The notes beneath the pieces were generated by a model. It was not told where the DNA came from, did not search any database, and saw only the letters and a program-made list of their open reading frames with translations. A stretch of DNA of 63,879 bases, the filler included, from Reclinomonas americana ATCC 50394 (Eukaryota), in NCBI GenBank assembly GCA_048213135.1. It is 5 parts of 3 records of this genome, joined end to end, with 100 filler letters (N's around TTAATTAATTAA, not from the genome) between each part and the next. Parts side by side here need not be neighbours in the genome. Positions count along the whole stretch, not along the records: positions 12,664 to 28,650 come from PS015545.1; positions 28,751 to 55,755 come from PS015546.1; 3 more parts are not named here. One strand, written 5' to 3'. Shown here one piece after another: positions 24,415-34,043 of this stretch. The position numbers and the translations under genes were made by a program. The stretch's first letter is position 1. Each line of letters opens with the position of its first letter.

Positions 24415-24925
24415 CGAGCGCCGTTGCCTTCTCCTCGATCAGAGTCTCAAGTTCCTCAGCTTCGTCGTCAAGTGTCGCCGACATGTCCAAGGCACTGGCT
24501 TCAGACACAACGACTTCCGCACTCGCCTCTGCGACAGCCAATGAGACTACAATGCGTTGCTATTCGTCATGTTGCGAAAGAACACACCTCCGCGGTTGGC
24601 GTCAAACATGAAGTTCTCCATGGCGAGCGCATTCGAAAAGTTATCCATCGTCATTCCCTCGTTGAGCTCCGCATTCTCGCCGGTCAGCAGCATGTTACTG
24701 ACGAAGTCTGCAAGCTCACAGAAATGAGTTCGCGCCAAAAATGCAAGATAGGTTGGTGTGAGTGCAGGTTGGTGCAACAGAGGCAGTGGTGAACAGCACG
24801 ACCAAAAAAGCAACAGGGAGCTCGCACGCACCGTCAGCCGCTGCAAATGGAGCGGTGCAGAGCAGCAGAAAAAGGGCAGCAAGTATCACCACGCCTGTCA
24901 GGCAGCGGGACCACCGTTGCTGCAT
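24415..24925 (-). CDS. N-terminal exons (signal peptide + acidic region) of collagen-like protein C, on an inverted contig
   Basis: MQQRWSRCLTGVVILAALFLLLCTAPFAAADG resembles gene A's MQSRWSRC...; SNALAMENFMFD resembles A's SEALAMESMMFE; acidic LDDEAEELETLIEEK. Confidence 0.8.
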
Positions 24926-25138
24926 TGTATAGGATTTTCTTTCTTCTGCACCTCGTTAGGTGAGTTTCTCTTGTGCAACAACTTGCGTGTAACCAAGAAA
25001 ACGACGACAAAAAGGACGTGGTTGTCTTCGCTCCACGGTAGTGAAGAAACGCAAATGAAACGGTAAGTTTTCGCGGCAAACAAATGAAGATCTTCCCGTT
25101 ACGATCTCGTAACGGACAAGTCAGGCGGGAAAGATCGT

Positions 25139-25196
25139 TCATTCAGAAGTCACGCACGACGCGAAGCACGACAGTGCGCGACCGGTATCCAGTGCC
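25139..25196 (-). CDS. Terminal exon of collagen-like B, on an inverted contig
   Basis: Reverse complement cag|G GCA CTG GAT ACC GGT CGC...= (M)ALDTGRALSCFASCVTSE*. Matches gene A's last exon and fits the phase-2 donor at 24042. Confidence 0.8.
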
Positions 25197-25869
25197 CTGC
25201 ACACACAGCTCATGTCAACACACATTNNNNNNNNNNNNNNNNNNNNNNNNNNNNNNNNNNNNNNNNNNNNNNNNNNNNNNNNNNNNNNNNNNNNNNNNNN
25301 NNNNNNNNNNNNNNNNNNNNNNNNNNNNNNNNNNNNNNNNNNNNNNNNNNNNNNNNNNNNNNNNNNNNNNNNNNNNNNNNNNNNNNNNNNNNNNNNNNNN
25401 NNNNNNNNNNNNNNNNNNNNNNNNNNNNNNNNNNNNNNNNNNNNNNNNNNNNNNNNNNNNNNNNNNNNNNNNNNNNNNNNNNNNNNNNNNNNNNNNNNNN
25501 NNNNNNNNNNNNNNNNNNNNNNNNNNNNNNNNNNNNNNNNNNNNNNNNNNNNNNNNNNNNNNNNNNNNNNNNNNNNNNNNNNNNNNNNNNNNNNNNNNNN
25601 NNNNNNNNNNNNNNNNNNNNNNNNNNNNNNNNNNNNNNNNNNNNNNNNNNNNNNNNNNNNNNNNNNNNNNNNNNNNNNNNNNNNNNNNNNNNNNNNNNNN
25701 NNNNNNNNNNNNNNNNNNNNNNNNNNNNNNNNNNNNNNNNNNNNNNNNNNNNNNNNNNNNNNNNNNNNNNNNNNNNNNNNNNNNNNNNNNNNNNNNNNNN
25801 NNNNNNCAAAGTTACGCTTACCAAAACATGACACGTCCCTTGTGCTGTCGCTTACGCGAGATCACACAG

Positions 25870-28591
25870 CCTGGCCCGCCCGGTCCGCCCGGCCCGCCCG
25901 GCCCATCCGGCAATGGCAAAGTAAGTACCATGTATCTTGTCGAATGTGTCTGTTTCTCCTCGGTCAATTGTGTTATTTCTTGTGCAGCCCGGACCTCCTG
26001 GCCCACCTGGCCCGCCTGGCCCACCTGGTCCAAAGGGCGCTGATGGCAAGGTGAGCAGAATTGTTGCTTGTTGATCACTCTGACTCTGTCTGATCAATCT
26101 TTGTCTTCTGAGCAGCCTGGCCCAGCTGGTCCCTCTGGTCCGAAGGGTACCGACGGCAAGGTGTGCATTCGAAAAAGATAAGTTGATGTGACTAGTACTA
26201 TGCTTACCTTTTCTCCCCCATAGCCTGGTCCTGCTGGCCCCAAGGGTACTGATGGAAAGGTTTGGACGATTCGGTTTTCGCTTTCCGTGCTCCTGGTATA
26301 CTTACGTGTGTATATGTTATCCTCCCTGCAGCCTGGCTCGCCTGGTTGCCCTGGTCCTAAGGGAGCAGATGGCAAGGTTTGCTCTTCGCTTGTGTTTCGT
26401 GACATCTGATTCCGCGCTTACATTTCGGTTTTTGACCACGCAGCCTGGCCCTGCTGGTCCGAAGGGTCCTGCTGGTCCCTCTGGCCCTGCTGGTCCGAAG
26501 GGACCTGCTGGTCCGTCCGGCCCGAAGGGAACTGACGGCAAGGTGGGGCATGTGTTCGTTTGCACAGACGTTTCCACTGTGCTCTCATTCTGTGTTTCTT
26601 GTCACACATAGCCTGGCCCAGCTGGTCCGAAGGGAACTGACGGCAAGGTGTGGCGCCTCGTGCGTATGTGCATTACTGCTTCCACATACTCATTTGATCT
26701 TCTTCGGCATGCAGCCTGGCCCTGCTGGCCCGAAGGGTCCTGCTGGTCCTTCTGGTCCGAAGGGAACTGACGGCAAGGTGTGACAGACAGCTCGTAAGCT
26801 GCATGTGCTACATCATTTGCTGACACATGCTTGCGCGTTTCTCAGCCTGGTCCTGCTGGTCCGAAGGGAACTGACGGAAAGGTGTGTCAATATCGTGTGT
26901 ATTTGCATCGATACTTCCACGTACTCACATTTGCCCTCCACTGTCACGTAGCCTGGCCCTGCTGGTCCGAAGGGTCCTGCTGGTCCTTCTGGTCCGAAGG
27001 GAACTGACGGCAAGGTGTGACAGACAACTCGCAAGCTGCATGTGCTACATCATTTGCTAACGCTCGTCTGGCTTGATTCATAGCCTGGTCCTGCTGGTCC
27101 GAAGGGAACTGACGGCAAGGTGCAGCACATGGCGTATATTGCATCAACGCTTCCGCTGTACTCACACTCAATCTCCTCTTGTCATGTAGCCCGGCCCTGC
27201 CGGCCCGAAGGGACCTGCTGGCCCTGCCGGCCCGAAGGGGACTGACGGGAAGGTGCGTGCTCCTGATGTGTTTACGTAGCTGCTTCGACCATGCTAACAG
27301 TTGGTCTTGTTTCCATGCAGCCCGGCCCTGCTGGCCCGAAGGGTCCTGCTGGTCCTTCTGGCCCGAAGGGAACCGACGGCAAGGTGTGGTAGCTGGAGAG
27401 TTGCCTGTAGTACTTAATTTGCTGATGCGTGTTTTGCATCGTTTGCAGCCTGGTCCTGCTGGTCCGAAGGGAACTGACGGAAAGGTGTGGCGCATCGCAA
27501 GTACTTGCATCGCTGCTTCCAGTGCGCTTACATTCGGTATTCTTTCTTGTAGCCTGGCCCTGCTGGCCCGAAGGGAACCGACGGCAAGGTGTGACAACTC
27601 ATCAGTTGTGTATGCTACTTCACTTGCTGATGCACGTGTCGCACTGTTCACAGCCTGGCCCTGCTGGTCCTAAGGGTGCCGACGGCAAGGTATGCAAATT
27701 TGCCAGCGTTGTATCGCTGCTTCCACTGCTCACATTCGGTACTCTTGTGTCATGCAGCCCGGTGCTGCTGGTCCGAAGGGTCCTGCTGGCCCTGCCGGTC
27801 CGAAGGGAACCGACGGCAAGGTGTGACACCTTCCATGCGGAGTCACTTTCTGGTGCTACCGCTCTTACACCTGCTCTTCTTGCAATGCAGCCTGGTCCGG
27901 CCGGCCCGAAGGGAACTGACGGCAAGGTGTGACACCTTCCATGCGGAATCACTTTCTGGTGCTACCGCTCTTACACCTGCTCTTCCTGCAACGCAGCCTG
28001 GTCCGGCCGGCCCGAAGGGAACTGACGGCAAGGTGTGGCACTCGATGCGAGGTCGCTGTCTGCTGCTGCTCCTCTTACACTTGCTCTTCCTGCAACGCAG
28101 CCTGGTCCTGCTGGTCCGAAGGGAACTGACGGCAAGGTGTGACACCTTCCATGTACTTGCTGTACTGGCCTTGGCGCTCACATTCTGTTTTCTTGCCATG
28201 CAGCCCGGTCCTGCTGGTCCGAAGGGACCTGCTGGCCCTGCTGGTCCGAAGGGAACTGACGGCAAGGTCTGGCGGCTTGTGCGACGGACTCCATTAGTAT
28301 GCCTGTTCATTTGTGTATTTTCTCTTCCATAGCCTGGCCCTGCCGGTCCCAAGGGAGTTGACGGCAAGGTCTGATTCGAGTTCACTGAATTTCAGTTAGA
28401 TCTAGATGTAGCGTTTGCCAACCTGCTATTGCCCTGTTACGTAGCCTGGTCCCAAGGGAACTGACGGCAAGGACGGCAAGGTTCGGCAGTCTGTGAATGT
28501 TCTCTGTACGAGTGCTTTCTCTGAGAAGCTGACACACGCTTTCACATCCATGCAGCCTGGCCCTGCTGGTCCCAAGGGAACTGACGGCAAG
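25870..28591 (+). CDS. Pro-rich Gly-X-Y exons of collagen-like protein C (~24 exons; 3' end lost at the scaffold join)
   Basis: Exons PGPPGPPGPPGPPGPKGADGK, PGPAGPKGTDGK (36 bp), PGSPGCPGPKGADGK and PGPAGPKGPAGPSGPKGTDGK, each bounded by AG/GT. Confidence 0.88.
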
Positions 28592-28750
28592 GTATGCCGT
28601 CTCACAACTGTTTGCATAGCCGGTTCTGCTGTGTTTACATTCGGTCTTCCNNNNNNNNNNNNNNNNNNNNNNNNNNNNNNNNNNNNNNNNNNNNTTAATT
28701 AATTAANNNNNNNNNNNNNNNNNNNNNNNNNNNNNNNNNNNNNNNNNNNN

Positions 28751-29430
28751 AGACGAGAGAGAGAGAGAGAGAGAGGAGGGGGAGAGGAGGGAGAGAGAGA
28801 GACAAGGAGAGGAAGAGAAACAGGCAGAGAGAAGGAATGAGGAGGAGAAGTGGAGAGCGCAGTTGCGAAAGGGACAGGCAGAGACAGGTAGAGAGAGGGA
28901 GAGAGGGGAGAGAGAGAGAGACAGAGAGAGAGGAGAGAGAGAGAGAGAGGGAGAGAGAAGGAGAAAGAGATAGAGAGAGAAAAGGAGAGAGATGTTGATG
29001 GGAGGAGAGTGCAAGAGTGAATGAATGAAAGAGGAGAGCAGCGTTCGTGCACAGGAGACAGGGACAGACAGAGAGAGAGGCAGACACACAGAGAGAGGAA
29101 GCAGAGTGAGTGGGAGACACAGAGAGAGGGAGCGAGGGTGAGAGGGAGGGAGGAAGAGAGAGAATGTGTGCATGCAAGTGGGCTCTCTGTCAATGCCTCT
29201 CACTGCAGTTTGCACTCACAGCAGTCTCTCTCTCTCTGTGTGTGTGTGTGTGTGCGTGTGTGTGTGTGGGTGTGTGTCTCTCTTGCATTCACTCGCTCAC
29301 TCACACACGTGTCACACTGTTCACTTGTGCACTCTCTCTCTCTGTGCACTCACTGGCTGCACACACACACACACACACTCGCTCTCTCTCTCTCTCCCCC
29401 TTCTCTCTCCCTTCTCTCTCTGTCTCTCTC
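28751..29430. repeat. GA/CT/CA low-complexity microsatellite-rich region
   Basis: Purine-rich (GA)n tracts followed by (GT)n, (CT)n and (CA)n. Confidence 0.85.
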
Positions 29431-29666
29431 TTCCTCACCTCTGTCAACTTTTCAGACCCTCGCGTCCACTTGTGCGCACGCTCCACCTCCTTCTGCGCAA
29501 GTCGCGCACGGAAAAAGTCCACCTGCGCCACTCCACTCGCCATAGTGTGAGAGTGAAGAAAGATAGAGTGTGACTCACACAATGCACACTGTCCGTGATT
29601 GTTCGCACGCACACAGTCAAACGCAGACGCACACAGTGTGCCTCACTCTCTGTGTGTGTGCGTGCA

Positions 29667-32600
29667 ATGATCGCACAACGAGGCTTTCAAGATCTCTCAT
29701 GCCTGGTACTCACACAGCACACTCTCTTTTTCACAGTCACACACTCACTCTCTCTTGCGTGCTTGCTTGCCTGTCTGCAGCCACTGTTGCTAGGCATTAT
29801 CTATGAACAAGTGCGTCTTTGTCTCTGTGTGTGTCTTCTTTTCTGTCACAGTCACTCACTCATGCGCGTTTTTCAGACCGATCCTGCGTGGAAGTCCGCC
29901 AACAACTTCTTTACACAAGCGTACCTGGCGTTGCTCATTTGTGCTTGTGTAACTGCTGTGGTGTGTGTGTGCGACTGAGAGAAAACGTGATTTCGGCCAG
30001 CAGCTCATACAATCAGTGTTTTTTTTTTGTTCTCTTAATCTCAGCTGTATTTCGTGCTTCGCGGGTCGTCGTATGTGCAGCGGAGATCACCGTGGTTGCA
30101 GCTTGCATCGATGATTGCGCTCTTGTCGAATGTCGGGTCCGTTTGTTCGAGTTCTTTTGTGTGCGTCGACTGTTGCGTGCAGTGGAGTGACTGTGTTGGG
30201 CGCAGTTTGCTGGTGCTGCAGGCCAACAGACAGGAGCTGTTTGTCAAGTGCTGGACGGTGTATATCTCGCCGCTGATTCTTGCGCCGTTGTCGCTGGTGG
30301 CGCAGTTGCTGCGAGGTGGGGTGGACTCTGGCGTGCATGCTTCGCTCTGCGTCCTCTTGCTGAGCTGTCGTCATCGCAGCCATTCGTTTGATTGTTGTGT
30401 TTCGTGCTTCGGTGGCGCGCTCGTGGATCGTGCTACAGCGGTCGTCGATGAACAGTGTCACCAGTTGCGTCTCTCATGCGGGACAGACAAAGAGCGAGAG
30501 AGAGAGACAGGGAGAGAGACTTCTCCATCTTTCTGCCGCTCATTCCTTTGCCGTCCTTCTCCCTCTTCTCGTTCTCCGCGTTGATGGCCGACCTCTCGCC
30601 TTGTCTCTCTCTCATCGGCTTCCCGTCCCCTCATCTTTTCTTCTTCTCTCTTCCCCCCTTTCCCCCCACTCACACTCCCTTCCCCTTCCCCTTCCCCTTC
30701 CCCTTCCCCTTCCCCTCCCCCTCACCTTCCCCCTTCTCCCTTCTCCCTTTGCAGTGGGCATCTCCAACAGCGCCCGCTCGCTGTCGGTGGCCTCCAGTAG
30801 CAGATCGCTGGAGACCGACGAGTCGGCCAAGGAAGCAGAGCGCAAGCGACGTGTGTACGCGCTGGCGCGCAGTGTGCGCGAGGGGCGCATGCTCGTGTGG
30901 TGGCTCCTGTCGTCGTTGCCGATGGTGCTGGTGGTGGTGCTGCTGGCCACGGTGATTGCGCCCAATGCCAGCACCGATGTGGCGTCGGAGGAGCTGTGCA
31001 AGTGCCTGAATGCCATCCACGTGGCCTACGTGACGGCGGCCTCCATTATTGTGGCGCTGTCGGTGGCGTTTGCGGTGCTGGCGTGGAGATTACGGCACGT
31101 GCACGACAACTTTTCCATCAATCTCGAGCTGATCGCCACAGCCATCATCAGCATGTGCACCATGGCACCGTATCTGGCCACGCAGTTGGCCGCCGATCCC
31201 GCGCACGTCGTGATCACCATCCTGAGCCAGGTTTGTGTGGATTCCGTGAAAATGATGGGAAGTTGCGTGCGTCTCAATCGGTGTCACAGACGGCGGTCTA
31301 CGGATTCTTCTTGTTGTTGTATGTGGTCACGCTGCTGCTGCCCGTGTTGACCACGGCACTGTGGGAGTTCCGCAAGTGGAGAAGATTACGCACCATGGGA
31401 GCGACCGAGTCGGTGCCGAGTGCCTTGAGCTCCGCATCGCCGAGTCTGGTAGGCGAGTCTCTGCTGTCACCCAACTCGCTCTTGTCGGTGCGACCGGACT
31501 CGTTCGAGGATGTTATGCTCAGGCGAGAGAAGCGCGCCCTCTACCGTGCCTTCCTGGTGCTGGAATTCAGTAGCGAGGTGGGTGGTGGTGGTGGTGGTGG
31601 AAATGGTGGCAGATCACCGTTCATAAGAAGTAGAAGAAGAAGAAATGCAGACAAAGAGAAGATGATCACATACGGAGAGATAAAGATGAAGAGAGAGGTG
31701 AGAGAGAGAGAGAGAGAGACAACACGCAATGCACCACTCACATGTCTTTTCTGTGCACGCACACAGAACTTGCTGTTCCTCGAAGACATTCGCTCACTCA
31801 AGAGCGATGCCATTCGGATCGGCGTGCACTCACCGGCCGTTGCTGACGTGGAATTTCGGCGACGGTGCCTGAAGGTTTTCAGCAACTACTTTACCAGCGA
31901 CGGCGATCACGAACTGAATCTGTCGGGCAGGTCTGTTTCGCTTGCGTGCATGTTCGTGTGTGCGCGGTCCGTGCGTTTCTCACGAGGCACACACAGCATT
32001 GTGAGCAAGATCCGCCACGCCTTCGAAACCGAGCCGGAACCGATGCACTGGGCAGTGGTCACGCCTGTGGCCAACGACGATCCGCAAGTGGCAGAGATGC
32101 GTGAAGCGCTGTCGCTTGTCGACGAGCCCGACGAGTTCCAGCAGTGGGCGTTGATATTACGTGACAACACACCCGCGTGCGTGCTCGACATGGCCACGTT
32201 TTCGCCCAGCAACGCGACGAAGGCGAGTGTGAAGTGCCCCTGTCTCTCTTCACTTTCTGTCATTGCTGCTGACCTCTCTGTCTTCGGCAGGCGGCGGCCG
32301 CTGGCTGGTTTGTATGCACGAGCATCTTTGACGAGGCCGTGGGTGCCGTGCGCCGACTGGTGAGAGTCACCCTCCTCGAGTTCTGCTCGCACTCTTGCTC
32401 ACCTGCATGCAGCTCCGTACCGACACCTTCCGGCGATTCCGCGAGTCCAAACAGGTGCGCCTCATGTCCTTGACTGCAGCACGTACTGCACTGCACTTGC
32501 TCACTCCCTGTTGATATGTCTGTGAAGTTCGGCGAGTACCAGTCTCACGATCGAGAAATGGACGAGCGCTTGCACCTGGCCGGCCTCGGCCCGCGACACG

Positions 32601-32773
32601 AAGTGCCCTCCCTGCCGGTGCGACGATTCAGCGAGCAAAGACGCACGCAGCTGCTCTCCTCCATGGGATACACACCACCACCACCACCACCACCACCACC
32701 ACCACCACCTTCAGCAGCAGCGTCGGAGGCGCCCAATGTCCCACTATTATCATCGCCTTCAGCCTCTGAGTAG
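29667..32773 (+). CDS. 7TM-RGS protein (GPCR-like membrane domain fused to an RGS domain; plant RGS1/fungal GprK architecture)
   Basis: Multiple hydrophobic segments with YVQRRSPWL and WRLRHVHDNFSINLEL; RGS motifs FLVLEFSSE|NLLFLEDI, ELNLSG, IFDEAVGAVRRL|LRTDTFRRFRES; poly-Pro tail. Start codon tentative. Confidence 0.85.
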
Positions 32774-32801
32774 AAGTGAACGTGCTCTTTTATTGATACG
32801 A

Positions 32802-34004
32802 ATGAGCGGTGTGCTGCGTGCATTGACGGAAGTGGAGTCGCACTGCACCTTTGGTGGCTTCCTGCGCGTGTTCACACACGAGAGTGCACAGACACAATGC
32901 GTCATGCGATTCGCAGTGTTTACTCCGCCCAACAAGCCCGCCAACTCGCCGGTGAGCATCAGAGAGCATTGTGTGTCTCTGTGTGTGTGTGTGTGCGCTT
33001 GTCTGACTCATGGCATACGTGCAGGCGCTGCTGTGGCTGAGTGGATTGACATGCACTCATGACAACTTCTCGAGCAAGGCCGGTGCCTTCCGCCCTGCTG
33101 CGCGTCTCGGCCTCACACTGATCATCCCCGACACGTCGCCTCGTTCAGTCAACTGTCATCATTGTTGTTGTTATTCTTCTTGCAGCACACTCTCGTCATT
33201 CACGTGGCACATATGAACAGGTGGACCCGAGATTGAGGGCGACGCTGCGGTGTATCACTTTGGACGCGGTGCCGGCTACTACCTGGACGCCACGCAGGAG
33301 CCGTGGGCGGCCAACTACCGCATGTACTCGTACCTCATGAAGGAGCTGATTCCCGGCTGCATGTCGCATTTCGAGCTCAACCCGCAGGCGCTCGGCATTT
33401 GTTGCGTGCTTTGTAGAGATGATCGACGCAGCTGCAGTGCTTTGGTGCTGACGAGCTGCGCAGCGGGTCACTCGATGGGCGGCCACGGTGCGCTGACCAT
33501 GTACTTGAAGAATCCGGATGTGTTCCGCAGCGTGTCGGCTTTTGCTCCCATCACGGCGCCGTCGACCATTGACGTGTGGGGACGGTATGCGCTGGAGCGG
33601 TACCTTGGACCGGATCCCGAGGCCTGGAAGGTGCGGCGCTGCCTCGATGATGATCACTTCGTGGCTCGTGTCTCATGATTATGGCGGCGGAGCAGGAGTA
33701 CGATGCCTGCGAGCTGATGCGCAACTACAAGGGTCGCAAGGCTCCGATTCTGATCGACCAGGGTGCTGCCGACCAGTTCCTCGACAAGCTGAAGCCCGAG
33801 GCGTTCCAGGGTTGCGTACTCACCTCCGCCGCCGTCCACACATAGTCGTCCCGCTCAATGCGTCTGTGTTCCACAGAGGCGTGCAACGAGGCGGATCACC
33901 CGCTCACGCTGCGCATGCAACCCGAGTACGATCACTCGTACTACTTCATCTCCACCTTTATCGAGGATCACCTCGAATTCCACGCCGAGCAGCTGTGCAA
34001 GTAA
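32802..34004 (+). CDS. ESD: S-formylglutathione hydrolase (esterase D)
   Basis: [90 protein letters not shown]. Confidence 0.96.
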
Positions 34005-34043
34005 CCGCGACTGGCGAGAAGCAATACGTGTGTGTGTGTGTGT

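Noticed and set aside
26100..28600. CRISPR-like pattern of ~36-bp repeats separated by ~65-75 nt variable spacers
   Set aside because: The repeats are AG/GT-bounded exons encoding PGPAGPKGTDGK with synonymous third-position variation, and the spacers are introns. No cas genes; eukaryotic context.
7018..34004. Possible aldehyde/formaldehyde detoxification cluster (USP, ALDH, S-formylglutathione hydrolase)
   Set aside because: Genes are more than 20 kb apart with unrelated genes and scaffold linkers between them; no evidence of functional clustering.
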